From Candidatus Heimdallarchaeota archaeon (GTDB lineage: Archaea; Asgardarchaeota; Heimdallarchaeia; Hodarchaeales; Hodarchaeaceae): a DNA stretch of 64,000 nt. Both the position numbers and the translations under genes were made by a program. Every line of letters begins with the position of its first letter. The first letter of the stretch is position 1. Below the pieces are notes generated by a model. The model saw only the letters and a program-made list of their open reading frames with translations, was not told the origin of the DNA and did no database searches. This document shows, piece after piece, positions 1-9,904 of this stretch. The DNA lies in assembly GCA_011364965.1 (NCBI GenBank), contig RDOB01000001.1, forward strand, positions 96,001 to 160,000, written 5' to 3'.

Positions 1-71
1 GCTTCTACATGGATAATATATCATCCTTTCTCATTTAAAGAAATATCTCTACATTCAAAGGGATTTGGTTC

Positions 72-1688
72 TTGTTGTACCGCCAGAATGCAATTTTAAA
101 TGATTTTGTTAATTTTCTAAAGGCTCGTGGACGATTCCGAGATATTGAATTTATTGAAAATAGTGTTCAAGCCACTCCAAGAATACCAGATCTTCCTTCT
201 CTGGTATTTTATATAGAAGAATCGCGATCGGAACAGCAATATATTTTGGAAATTCATGGTAACGAATCTGCAGTAATGAATCGTGAAATTGAAGAATTTT
301 TTAATTTAAATCAATTGAGTTGTAAAAAGATCCGAATAAAGCAATTTATTACCAGCGATAGCAAAGAGCCTCTTTTAGTCGAAATTGAAGGGAGCGGGGA
401 AATTTTTGATACTTTGAGTAGTGATGTCAATGATTTATTAGCAGATCACGAGCTTGTGGTTGAAAAAACACAGAAAACTCTTTTTTTTAGTAAAATTACA
501 AAAAACGCAAATCAGATTCCAATTAGACAAATGCAAGTAAAGCGCCCACAAGAACGCTCCTCAACAGCAAGTACGGAAGAAACTGCACGAATTAGAGTAA
601 TAAAATCCCAAACTGTTGCGAATCATTCGATTACAGAAGAATCAGAAGAAATTTCAAAAGTGGAATCAATTTCCAAGAAACCCCATACTCCGAATAAGAA
701 AGAAATTCTAAATCATGCAGAACAGGAATTATTTGAGGATTCATTAGAGACTATCAGTCGAGTTGATGATGAAATTCCCGAAAAAGAGCTATTCAGAGAC
801 GCCCCCTCCCAATCAAGTGGATCTGAAGATTCACAATCAGATCTTTTTAATCCACCTCCTCCCTCAAGGGAATATTCAGACGATATAAGGCCTTACCTAA
901 AACAAACTTCTTCACTCTTCAGAAAAGATAACTGGGAAGAAGATTTGCCTACAGAAAGGGAAATGGAAATACTTGAACGAACCTATATGCGGATTAAACA
1001 TAGAACAAAACCTGAAATCTTAGCTAAAGATCTTGGAATTGAAGTAGAGGGAGCAGAATCTTATTTAAGAAGTTTAATTTCAAAGGGATTACTACGTACT
1101 CAAGTAGGGTGGTATATTATAAAAAAGAGTCACTTACCCTTCTTTAAAAATACCTTTGCAGATGATTCGAAGAAAAAAAGGAAGAAAAAATCTCCAAGAA
1201 TTTCCCGCGTAGGAGAAGGCCTCACTCCTGAAGAAATTGCAACCATAAGAGCTATTAAATCACGACCTAATCTAAAAGCTCAATCAAACCTATTAACTAG
1301 GCCAACAGGATTAAAACAAAGCGTTCTCAAGGAAGTTCTGCGAAATCTTGTAGACAAAGGAATATTAAGAGTATCTTATGGTTGGTATATACTGAAGGAT
1401 AAACATATTTTAGAACATAAAAGAGGGGAAATCCCGCCTGAAACTACTTCAGAGACTCTTAGTTTCAAGATACCCTCAGAATTGAAACTGTCAGAACCCG
1501 AACAAAGAGTAATCCACGCGTTGCTTCAACGACCCCAGTTTAAAGCACAATCAAATTTACTCACTACTGATGTGAAACTACCTAAAGATCAAATTAAACA
1601 GGTTTTAAGAGATCTAGTAGATAAGAAAATATGTAAGGTGACTTATGGATGGTATACTTTAAAAGATCCTGAAATTTTCCAATCATAG
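72..1688 (+). CDS. Hypothetical protein with an acidic disordered linker and three C-terminal winged-helix-like repeats
   Basis: Three repeats end in LISKGLLRTQVGWYIIK, LVDKGILRVSYGWYILK and LVDKKICKVTYGWYTLK; TTG start is uncertain. Confidence 0.6.
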   Translation: MLYRQNAILNDFVNFLKARGRFRDIEFIENSVQATPRIPDLPSLVFYIEESRSEQQYILEIHGNESAVMNREIEEFFNLNQLSCKKIRIKQFITSDSKEPLLVEIEGSGEIFDTLSSDVNDLLADHELVVEKTQKTLFFSKITKNANQIPIRQMQVKRPQERSSTASTEETARIRVIKSQTVANHSITEESEEISKVESISKKPHTPNKKEILNHAEQELFEDSLETISRVDDEIPEKELFRDAPSQSSGSEDSQSDLFNPPPPSREYSDDIRPYLKQTSSLFRKDNWEEDLPTEREMEILERTYMRIKHRTKPEILAKDLGIEVEGAESYLRSLISKGLLRTQVGWYIIKKSHLPFFKNTFADDSKKKRKKKSPRISRVGEGLTPEEIATIRAIKSRPNLKAQSNLLTRPTGLKQSVLKEVLRNLVDKGILRVSYGWYILKDKHILEHKRGEIPPETTSETLSFKIPSELKLSEPEQRVIHALLQRPQFKAQSNLLTTDVKLPKDQIKQVLRDLVDKKICKVTYGWYTLKDPEIFQS

Positions 1689-1841
1689 ATCTTATTTGAG
1701 TTAATCTTTTCAATATCTAATGATCCCGAAGAGTCAGTTTCATAATTCGAAGAATATATATTATAACCCGTTTAAGGTGTCATTAAATAGAGATTCATAT
1801 CATAGTAAATATCTTCAACAGAATACTTAAGAGAGAACGAT

Positions 1842-2582
1842 ATGGTAGTTGAAAAGGATTCCTCAGATCTTTTTAAAGATTCCACGAATTTAGATAAAGC
1901 TGAACAGAAAAATCTTAAAAAACCTTCTTCTAAGCGTTTTCATAATGATAAATTGATGTTATCAACATTAGCAATAGCAACTATCATTACTTTTTTACTA
2001 TATACTGTCCCTGATTGGGTATTTTATGAAATACCTACTCGAGATATAATTAGTATTCTGCTAGATTTCTTTGGTGTCTTCCATACTTTGATACCAACGG
2101 TAGATCCGAATTCGATCATTCCTGAAACTCTCAGAGGTGGATCTTTTCCTTTTCTGGAGGCAACTATTCAAACCCCAGGAATTCATATTCCGTCAACTAA
2201 CGGCGATTATTGGATAGTAAAAGCATGTACAGGCATGCAAGCAGGATCCTTACTTATCGCTATTATCATGGTAACAGAAGCTACATGGAAAGCTAAAATT
2301 AAAGCGAGTATGGTATTTTTCTTTTCTTTGTTCATTGGAAATGCTTTAAGAATCACTTTTCACCTTTTATGTGTCTATATTCTAGTTAATACTTTTGAAA
2401 TGGATCCAGAGACCGCGTTTTATTGGGCACATGATGTTTCTTCTAAAGTTATAGGATTCTTTGGAACTATATTATTCGCGATAATTATCGAAAGAATGGG
2501 CGTTCCAATAATAGACCAATTTGCAGACTGGTTAGATTATATGTGGTGGAGGGGAAATAAGATTATTGAATCTATTATTTAA
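1842..2582 (+). CDS. Archaeosortase/exosortase family transpeptidase
   Basis: Multi-TM protein with Cys (KACTG), Arg (NALRI) and His (AHD) in the order of the exosortase catalytic triad. Confidence 0.85.
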   Translation: MVVEKDSSDLFKDSTNLDKAEQKNLKKPSSKRFHNDKLMLSTLAIATIITFLLYTVPDWVFYEIPTRDIISILLDFFGVFHTLIPTVDPNSIIPETLRGGSFPFLEATIQTPGIHIPSTNGDYWIVKACTGMQAGSLLIAIIMVTEATWKAKIKASMVFFFSLFIGNALRITFHLLCVYILVNTFEMDPETAFYWAHDVSSKVIGFFGTILFAIIIERMGVPIIDQFADWLDYMWWRGNKIIESII

Positions 2583-2919
2583 TTTTTTAAATATCGAGAT
2601 CTTCTTCTGGGAGGGAATCCATCATATTATGGTTTTACCTATTCTAAAGGACTTCTATTTAGATACTATGTCTTAGGATTCATTCTTTGGGTGAGAGTCT
2701 ACATAATTATAATCCTGTGACAGAAGGAAGTCCTTATGAAAGCGAATAAAACAAAAAAGCGGGTAAAGAGCTAATGATCCTTCGTTCGAATACCTCCTGT
2801 AATTTCAGTAGAAGGAAGTAATTTGTTCCTTTGCTCATCTGAGCTCAGGTAGGAATCTAAAGCTTCTTAAAGATAAACATGCATTGAGTCTCTCGTTCTA
2901 AAACGATGGTGTGAACTAG

Positions 2920-3099
2920 TTGAGTGTAAGACGAGCCAAGAAAAGAGATGATTCACCGATGCCAGCAACAGGGGCTGGTCTTATAAGATTCTATTCTGAA
3001 TCTGATTCCCCGGGGATTAAAATCGGGCCATACTGGACGGTAGGGATTGCTATTGTCTTTGTTGGTATAATTATTATTTTAAATATACTTCAGGTTTAA
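2920..3099 (+). CDS. secG: Preprotein translocase subunit Sec61beta (59 aa, absent from ORF track)
   Basis: Manual translation from TTG: MSVRRAKKRDDSPMPATGAGLIRFYSESDSPGIKIGPYWTVGIAIVFVGIIIILNILQV; AGLIRFY..GIKIGP motif plus C-terminal TM. Confidence 0.92.
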   Translation: MSVRRAKKRDDSPMPATGAGLIRFYSESDSPGIKIGPYWTVGIAIVFVGIIIILNILQV

Positions 3100-3238
3100 A
3101 TAGGAGATTATCTATCTAAAATTTTGAAAACCATCGTTCTGATACCCTAGGAAATAAATTTCCAATAAAAAAGGAGAAAATTAACCTGTTTTTGAGGTAA
3201 TGTTTTTAATAATAAAACGATATAGATGATTTATAAAA

Positions 3239-4141
3239 ATGGATTTCGTGATTAATATGTCTAAAAATATTCCAGTTTCTAAGATTATGACAAAAAGAGA
3301 AGAAGTCGTCACAATGGATATTCCTGGAAATAGGGATCAACTACTAGAAGCAATTCAAGAAACTGGATTAAGTGTATATCCTGTTGTTAAGAAAGGAACA
3401 AACGAACTTGCGGGAATTGTCTCACGTTCAGACCTATTTAAGAACCCTGATGAAACCCAGCTTTCTTTATTGATGATACGCGATGTTGTGACTCTGAAAG
3501 AAACTGATACAGTAATAGCAGCCTCTAAGATTTTTATTCGCCATGTTTTCCAAAGGATTCCGATAGTGGATGAAGATGGAATAACTCTAAAAGGAATTGT
3601 TTCTCGAGATGACATAGTTAAAAAAGTTGTTGTGCCAGCGAAAATTGATATCGAAATTGACTATTATTTTGATAAGAATGTAGCTACAATTTGGGAAGGT
3701 ACTCCCTTACCAGTAGCAGCTAAAATTTTGCGTCTTTGCCATCAAAAAGGATTACCAGTACTCAATGAAACTGAGATGGTTGGCATAATCACTCAAAATG
3801 ATTTTCTTAAAGTGGCAGAGATCTGGGATTCTATGAGTAAAAGTTTAACAGGACATGGCGCTGAAAATGACAGTTCATCTTGGGACAGTGAATCTATTCT
3901 CATCATCGGAGCTAAAACTTTAACACTTCCCAGAAATTTGAAAGTATCAGATATTATGGAGACCAATATTGAAGTTTGTTATTCTTATAGCACTATTGAA
4001 GATATTTCAAGAAAAATGGTTCAAAAGAAAATTGATCAGCTGCCCGTTGTGAGTCCAGATGGATCAATTTTAGGAATTATTAATCAAAAACATGTTATAA
4101 GCGCTTATATCGATTTTATTGAGGGAAAAGTCATCGAGTGA
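3239..4141 (+). CDS. CBS domain protein (four CBS)
   Basis: Repeated PVV..GIVS/GIIT/GIIN CBS motifs. Confidence 0.9.
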   Translation: MDFVINMSKNIPVSKIMTKREEVVTMDIPGNRDQLLEAIQETGLSVYPVVKKGTNELAGIVSRSDLFKNPDETQLSLLMIRDVVTLKETDTVIAASKIFIRHVFQRIPIVDEDGITLKGIVSRDDIVKKVVVPAKIDIEIDYYFDKNVATIWEGTPLPVAAKILRLCHQKGLPVLNETEMVGIITQNDFLKVAEIWDSMSKSLTGHGAENDSSSWDSESILIIGAKTLTLPRNLKVSDIMETNIEVCYSYSTIEDISRKMVQKKIDQLPVVSPDGSILGIINQKHVISAYIDFIEGKVIE

Positions 4142-4174
4142 AATTTATACAATATCTATTCCTGTTCTTCTTCC

Positions 4175-5020
4175 GTGGTACCTCAATTGACCAAAATTAT
4201 TGCTATTCCTGATTCTGCAGTATATGATTGTAGTGATATTCGTTCGAAAACTGATAAAATCTTCCAAATAGCTAGAATTGTAGCTATCTTTGAATTTTCG
4301 GACATTATAATATACCATGACCCTCATCTAAAACCCCGGGAAGCTCATAGAGAACGTAGAATCATCAATCGAATCCTAAAATATGTTGAATGTCCCCAAT
4401 ACTTAAGAAAACGATTATTTCCACTTTCAAGAGATTTTGTAGCTGTAGGAACTCTTTCTCCATTAGCACTTCCTCATCATTCTTTATCAAAAGCAATTAA
4501 AGTGAATGAGTATAGAGAAGCAGCAATTTTTCTCAATCAAGGGAGAGTTCGTGCAGATGTTGGATATTCTCATTTATTAGAGGTAGAATCAGTTCCAAAT
4601 ATTTCCTTTGTTAATCGCACTATGCGAGTTACTGTAAAAATCCAAGAAAAAGATACCACGTTTTTTGCCAAAGTAGTCCCAAAACCTCCTAAAAACGTTT
4701 ATTGGGGATATAAGGTTCATTCCTCTGCAGCTACTTTAACTAAATTATTAAAAGATCGTCCTGAATATAAAATAGCAACCTCTCGAACGTGTCAACCCAT
4801 TTCGGAGATTTCGATTAGCCCTAGTAGGTACAATAATCTATTAGTTGCATTTGGAGGACCTTATCACGGAATACCTGAAATTCTAAAGGCAGATGGTAAG
4901 AAGATCAATGAAATCTTTGATATTTGTATTAGTATCTTAAAACATTATGGAACTCGAGCCTTACGGCTTGAGGAAGCGCTATCAATTACTCTTAGTAGAC
5001 TTCAGGACGTAATAAAATAG
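4175..5020 (+). CDS. SPOUT-family RNA methyltransferase (DUF171/MTH1, SPOUT1-like)
   Basis: IAIPDS, YVECPQYLRKRLFP, YWGYKV, VAFGGP and LRLEEA motifs. Confidence 0.88.
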   Translation: MVPQLTKIIAIPDSAVYDCSDIRSKTDKIFQIARIVAIFEFSDIIIYHDPHLKPREAHRERRIINRILKYVECPQYLRKRLFPLSRDFVAVGTLSPLALPHHSLSKAIKVNEYREAAIFLNQGRVRADVGYSHLLEVESVPNISFVNRTMRVTVKIQEKDTTFFAKVVPKPPKNVYWGYKVHSSAATLTKLLKDRPEYKIATSRTCQPISEISISPSRYNNLLVAFGGPYHGIPEILKADGKKINEIFDICISILKHYGTRALRLEEALSITLSRLQDVIK

Positions 5021-5124
5021 GGAAGGAAGGAATTAAGGCTTTCATTTTCCTTCAGAACTTTTTAAAATTCCGTATATTCTTCCTTTATATTGATAAGAAT
5101 ATATTTCTTTCCTCCCAAGGATTA

Positions 5125-5235
5125 GCGGGGGTTCCCTAGCCAGGTCAACGGGGACAGAACGCAGTGTATGCGTTGTCTAGACTCAAGATCTGTTAGCGTA
5201 GGCTTTCAGGAGTTCAAATCTCCTCCCCCGCACCA
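5125..5235 (+). tRNA. tRNA-Leu(CAA) with 23-nt non-canonical intron (5158-5180, position 30/31) and encoded CCA
   Basis: GCGGGGG/CCCCCGC acceptor stem; long variable arm; GTTCAAATC T-loop; removing 5158-5180 restores ACAGA-CTCAAGA-TCTGT. Confidence 0.92.
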
Positions 5236-5289
5236 TTTATATTTGTTCTCTACCTTTTAGAAAATCTTAAAAAATAAATTGGTATTATT

Positions 5290-5952
5290 ATGAGCTCAGA
5301 GGATATCATTCCAGGAATCACACCCACACGAATGCAGCTCTTGGATCTAAATCAAAGATTAGAACTTGCAAACAAGGGTTATGAATTATTAAGTGAAAAA
5401 TTGGAAGCTTTAACTGGTGAATTATTCTCTGCTATTGATACATATAAAGAAGCTCGAAAAAGAGTCGAAATCGCTGTCCAAAAATCTTATAAGGAACTTA
5501 GACAACTGGAACTTCAAATGGGGGATTTTGCAATTTCTAAGGTAGCTATGAGTTATCCTCGTCTCTTTTCAATTGAAAGCCAAAAACGTAACATGATGGG
5601 TATTTCTGTACCTATTTTTAGACTTACTAAAGAAATATCAAAGGATTCGATTTTAAATTATTCAATGAGTGAAACAACAGCAAGGTTCGATACTGCACTT
5701 TTGACATTTGAAAGTGCTTTAAAAGCGATAGTTGACCTTGCGGAAATCCATTCTAGCTTAACTAGATTAGCAAAAGAAATAACAGATACAAAACGAAGAG
5801 TTAACGCTCTTAATTACATTATTATCCCGCGCATTAGGGCAACAGTAGCTTGGATCAAGCTAACATTAGCAGAACAAGAGCGAGAGTCTTTTGTACGATT
5901 AAAAAAAGTAAAAAAGAAAATATCAGCTAATTCTATGTCAGAATCGGGCTAA
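5290..5952 (+). CDS. atpD: A/V-type ATP synthase subunit D
   Basis: PTRMQLL, GYELL, EI..TKRRVNALNYIIIP, ERESFVRLK motifs. Confidence 0.95.
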   Translation: MSSEDIIPGITPTRMQLLDLNQRLELANKGYELLSEKLEALTGELFSAIDTYKEARKRVEIAVQKSYKELRQLELQMGDFAISKVAMSYPRLFSIESQKRNMMGISVPIFRLTKEISKDSILNYSMSETTARFDTALLTFESALKAIVDLAEIHSSLTRLAKEITDTKRRVNALNYIIIPRIRATVAWIKLTLAEQERESFVRLKKVKKKISANSMSESG

Positions 5953-6689
5953 CGGATACGCCCACGGCGAAGTCCCGTACGTCTTGCAGCTATCAATCCC
6001 ACTTTTCGACCCGGGGGGGCATTTCGAGATACAGTAGTGGGTTGACCTGGACCCTGATGACTTCCACCACCGAACGGGTGAGTAACAATATTCATCGCGA
6101 CTCCACGTACCACAGGAAAAGCTTTGTGACCTTTTGCCCTCATATATGCTCTTTTAAGACCTGCTTTTAAAAATGGACGATCAGGGCGGCCTCCTCCTGA
6201 TATAACCCCAACCATAGCTCTAGCATTGTTATGAATTGTTTTCATCTTCCGTGAAGGCAATTGAATGATGGTACCTTCTTTAACGTGAGATTTTACCTGC
6301 CCATGCGTTCCAGACGCCCGACAAAGTTTTCCTCCATCTCCGGGTCTCATTTCAATATTGCAGATCCATATTCCTTCTGGAATATTACCGATAGGTAAGA
6401 TATTTCCTACATTTAAAGCTGCTTTTTGTCCTTGCTCGAGGTTTTGACCGATATACACTCCTTCTGGGGCAGGAAGAATACTTTCATCTCCATTGCTATA
6501 CTTAACAAGCATTAATGGTAATCCTCTTCCTCTTTCGTGGATGAAGTCAATAATTGTGAAATTAAGCTTATCATTAATTTCCGCTTCCGAAAGGGGCAGA
6601 TAACGAGATCTTCCCTTCCTTCGATGTGAAAGAGCTCGAAAAACAGAGGTTCCGCGCCCACGACGTTGAACTAAAATACGCTTTCCCAT
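5949..6689 (-). CDS. rpl2: Ribosomal protein uL2
   Basis: MGKRILVQRRGRG; VRGVAMN..HPFGGG; PPGRKVG. Confidence 0.98.
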   Translation of the reverse strand: MGKRILVQRRGRGTSVFRALSHRRKGRSRYLPLSEAEINDKLNFTIIDFIHERGRGLPLMLVKYSNGDESILPAPEGVYIGQNLEQGQKAALNVGNILPIGNIPEGIWICNIEMRPGDGGKLCRASGTHGQVKSHVKEGTIIQLPSRKMKTIHNNARAMVGVISGGGRPDRPFLKAGLKRAYMRAKGHKAFPVVRGVAMNIVTHPFGGGSHQGPGQPTTVSRNAPPGRKVGLIAARRTGLRRGRIR

Positions 6690-6702
6690 GATTTACACCT
6701 TC

Positions 6703-6984
6703 TTAAATTATTCCAACCTCTGTAGCTAGATCTAAGGCACTATGATCAGGAGAAAGCTTTATGAAGGCTTTTTTTTCTCCTCTAGGGGTTATTAAGGTAT
6801 TAACTTTGATAACTTTAACATCATATAGTGATTCAAAGGCATTCCGAATTTCCTTTTTTGTTGCTCTTCGATCAACAATGAAAACTAATGCATTTTCGCT
6901 TAGATTATCCATTTTATTGAATGCTGCTTCTGTGATTAGTGGATATTTAATTATATCCTGAGGTTGTCTAAATTTCAATTTCAT
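6703..6984 (-). CDS. rpl23: Ribosomal protein uL23
   Basis: YPLITE; VKVIKVNTLITPRGEKKAFIKL. Confidence 0.97.
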   Translation of the reverse strand: MKLKFRQPQDIIKYPLITEAAFNKMDNLSENALVFIVDRRATKKEIRNAFESLYDVKVIKVNTLITPRGEKKAFIKLSPDHSALDLATEVGII

Positions 6985-7009
6985 TCACTCCGATTAATAT
7001 TCCTATGGT

Positions 7010-7816
7010 TCAGCTCGCTAACTCTGCCTCACGTAAGTATTCGATTGCTGATTTAGTCCAAACTGTTAATCGCCCCGCATGAGTTCCAGGTGCAAGGTGT
7101 TCTGTATTTAAATGATCAACTATAACAACATCTACGCCAGGTATGTTTTTAGAAGCGTCCCTAATTCCTAAATCGGTACCAATCACAATAAGAACAGATT
7201 TACCGCTTTTGTATTTCCGTCCTCTCCTTTTCCCCTTTCCTGGCCGAATTTGGCTGTTTCGACGTTTAGCTTTTGCTATATCAAAAGCTAAACCCAGATT
7301 ATTAAGAGCAATTTGAACTTCTTGTGTTTTCTTTAGTGATTCAAAATCATTAGTTACAATTAAGGGAAGAGATTGAATTTCTTCAATTATATGTCCTCGT
7401 GATTCGACAAGCGTAGCATCTGCTGTTGCAGAGATTGCAGATTTTTTAGCGATAATTTTTTCCTTTTTATTAACTTTCTCTGTAAAATTTTGCTTTCCTT
7501 CCGGTGGGTGAGTTTGTCGTCCACCCACTACGAAAGGATTCAATGCACCTCGGCTTGCTGAATGTGTTCGTGAACCTTTCACCCTTGCTACTCGGGCTGC
7601 ACCTCTCCCTGCACCCCAACTTTCAGCAGTTGTTCTTTTCCCAGCTTGAGGGTCAACTCCGAAGGCAATTTGACGATTTCGGCGACTAGCTAAAACAGTA
7701 CGTTTTATTATATCAGGACGAAATGCTACGGTAAATATAGTTCCTGTGTCTATTTTCTCTTTTTCCTTTCCTTCTAAATCGAAAACTGAGACTTTTGTTG
7801 AACTCATTCTTCTCAC
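7010..7816 (-). CDS. rpl4: Ribosomal protein uL4
   Basis: AESWGAGRGAARVAR; LAPGTHAGRLTVWT. Confidence 0.97.
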   Translation of the reverse strand: MRRMSSTKVSVFDLEGKEKEKIDTGTIFTVAFRPDIIKRTVLASRRNRQIAFGVDPQAGKRTTAESWGAGRGAARVARVKGSRTHSASRGALNPFVVGGRQTHPPEGKQNFTEKVNKKEKIIAKKSAISATADATLVESRGHIIEEIQSLPLIVTNDFESLKKTQEVQIALNNLGLAFDIAKAKRRNSQIRPGKGKRRGRKYKSGKSVLIVIGTDLGIRDASKNIPGVDVVIVDHLNTEHLAPGTHAGRLTVWTKSAIEYLREAELAS

Positions 7817-7824
7817 CTTTCAGA

Positions 7825-8850
7825 CTAATTTTTAGCAGTAGTACTAATGTAAGTAATTTGTAAGTCTTCTATATCTACCTTTTTGGGTCGAACTGGATCT
7901 CGTATACGAATTAAACGTTTTGCTGGCCCCGGAATACTTCCATGAATCATTACATGTTTCGAGACTTTACCATAACGTTTGAAGCCACTTACTGGAGTCA
8001 CTTCTTCTCCATCATCCCCTATTTTGAGAATCTGCTTGTTATATTCTGTTCTAGTAAAATATCCAAGCTGACCTGCTCTTGGGACAGTCCACATTACACG
8101 AGCGGGGTGCCATGGTCCAATACAGCCGACTACTCTACGCCCTTTTCGCTTTTTCCTTGGCATTATTTTTATTCCGTGTCTTTTCACTGGACCGCTGAAC
8201 CCTTTACCTTTAGTAACAGCATTTATATCAACAAAATCATTTGGGGTATAAATATCGTCCAAATTAACTTTCGAATCTAAATATTCAGCAGCATAATTAA
8301 AGGCCTCTTCAATTGATCCTCCAATTTTTATTTCGATGACATCAGGTGTTTTCTGTGGGAGTCCTGCTTCTCTTGGAGTTGTATGAACAAGCACACGAAC
8401 CTCGGAAATATCTACAAGAGCTTTCCTAGCTTCAGCGATCTCAGCTTTTTTGTTTAATTTCTTTTTAGGAAGTTTTATTCTACGTCCAAGATCTTTGTCA
8501 AGATTCTCTCCCCAGATCTGCTTCACTACTCGAATTGAATTTGTAATATCGTCTGTACCATATAATTGGATACTAAATATAGTAATTGGGGGTGTTTCAA
8601 CAATAGTTACTGGAATAAATTGTTCTTGTTTATAAAAAGGGGATCTCTTATCTGAATTGACAAGTGCAATGTGTGTCATCCCAGCTTTATAACCTATAAA
8701 TCCTAATAATCGGGGTTCAGAGGATTCTGGCCATGTTCTTAAACGGGAGGTCTGCTTGAGTGCTCTCTTTCTACGATAACCCAAAGATCCACGATGAGGT
8801 GCATGTTTTTTTCTATGACCCATTATAATTGCTCTCCTATTGTTATTCAA
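7825..8850 (-). CDS. rpl3: Ribosomal protein uL3 (true start probably MGHRK near 8823)
   Basis: GYKAGMTH; TKGKGFSG; GPWHP; GQLGYFTRTE. Confidence 0.98.
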   Translation of the reverse strand: MNNNRRAIIMGHRKKHAPHRGSLGYRRKRALKQTSRLRTWPESSEPRLLGFIGYKAGMTHIALVNSDKRSPFYKQEQFIPVTIVETPPITIFSIQLYGTDDITNSIRVVKQIWGENLDKDLGRRIKLPKKKLNKKAEIAEARKALVDISEVRVLVHTTPREAGLPQKTPDVIEIKIGGSIEEAFNYAAEYLDSKVNLDDIYTPNDFVDINAVTKGKGFSGPVKRHGIKIMPRKKRKGRRVVGCIGPWHPARVMWTVPRAGQLGYFTRTEYNKQILKIGDDGEEVTPVSGFKRYGKVSKHVMIHGSIPGPAKRLIRIRDPVRPKKVDIEDLQITYISTTAKN

Positions 8851-9259
8851 CTACTTAGAAGGGAGTAGTAAAGAACTAGACTATAGATCAGTCTGTACTG
8901 TTTTGTACACGTCTGAGTGATGCTTTTTCGCTATGTGATTTAAATCCTCCGTACTCTTTCATCTACAGCAAATGAAGTATCTAGTAAATCCAATTACACG
9001 ATCTTCAAGCAATTTCAAGGATAAAGACTGTATAGGGTTTAATATGCCAACTTTCTCATTTGAAAAGCTAAGTTCAGTCAATTTGGGAGGTATTGCACAT
9101 ATATATGTTCTTTTTTTCCTAATTCAATAGGATTCTATCCCATATGGCACTTATATAATACCAAAGATTTCTGCTGATTTGACTTAATTTAAGGTTTAAT
9201 AGACATATCCCTATTCTTAAATCACAGAAATGAAATGAATCATCTGGAAACCGAGAAAA

Positions 9260-9904
9260 ATGAATCTAGAAATTAATAATACAGATGAGGAGGACTATAT
9301 TCCCAAATTAGAGTTTAATATGGATAATCTATACATTTCTATTTGTGATCCTCAAGCAAAAAGTATTTTTAATAATGGATACTTTGGCCAATGGACATCA
9401 GAAGCTGAAGATGAGCTCAAATTGGAACCAGAAGAGATACTTCTTCTTTTAGATAGAGCTCGAATTGAAGTATATCATTCAGAAAACGGAAACCTAATTT
9501 CCCAAAGTGAACTCGTAGCTCATTTTTCCAAAAAGGTTCAGAATTTCTGGAGCAGGTATCTCGTTTATAAAGATTTGAGAAACAGAGGTTACGTGGTTAG
9601 GATTGGAACACGAATAACAGCTCCTTTTCGAATATATCCGAGGGGTAGTAAACCAGGTGAAGCTGTCAGCAAAATTGTCGTGTTTCCGATGCCAGAAGGT
9701 GAGGATTTAAATCTTGATTTTCTTGATCAAATAGTTAAACAAGCAAAAATTGACAGAAAAAAGTTGCTTCTTTCTGTTATAGATAGTTTAGGAGATGTAA
9801 CATATTATCAGGCATCTCAATTAGAGTTAGAACCCAACGAACTCGAATATGAATATCGAGATGAACTCCGTGTGGAGGATCAAAACCTAGAGGAGGAGAA
9901 ATAA
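9260..9904 (+). CDS. endA: tRNA splicing (intron) endonuclease subunit
   Basis: YLVYKDLRNRGYVVR, FRIYPRG and GDVTYY motifs; several catalytic positions look divergent, so it may be a structural subunit. Confidence 0.85.
   Translation: MNLEINNTDEEDYIPKLEFNMDNLYISICDPQAKSIFNNGYFGQWTSEAEDELKLEPEEILLLLDRARIEVYHSENGNLISQSELVAHFSKKVQNFWSRYLVYKDLRNRGYVVRIGTRITAPFRIYPRGSKPGEAVSKIVVFPMPEGEDLNLDFLDQIVKQAKIDRKKLLLSVIDSLGDVTYYQASQLELEPNELEYEYRDELRVEDQNLEEEK

Noticed and set aside
2590-2870. RNase P or SRP RNA
   Set aside because: No complete P4 consensus pair and no SRP helix-8 motif found on either strand
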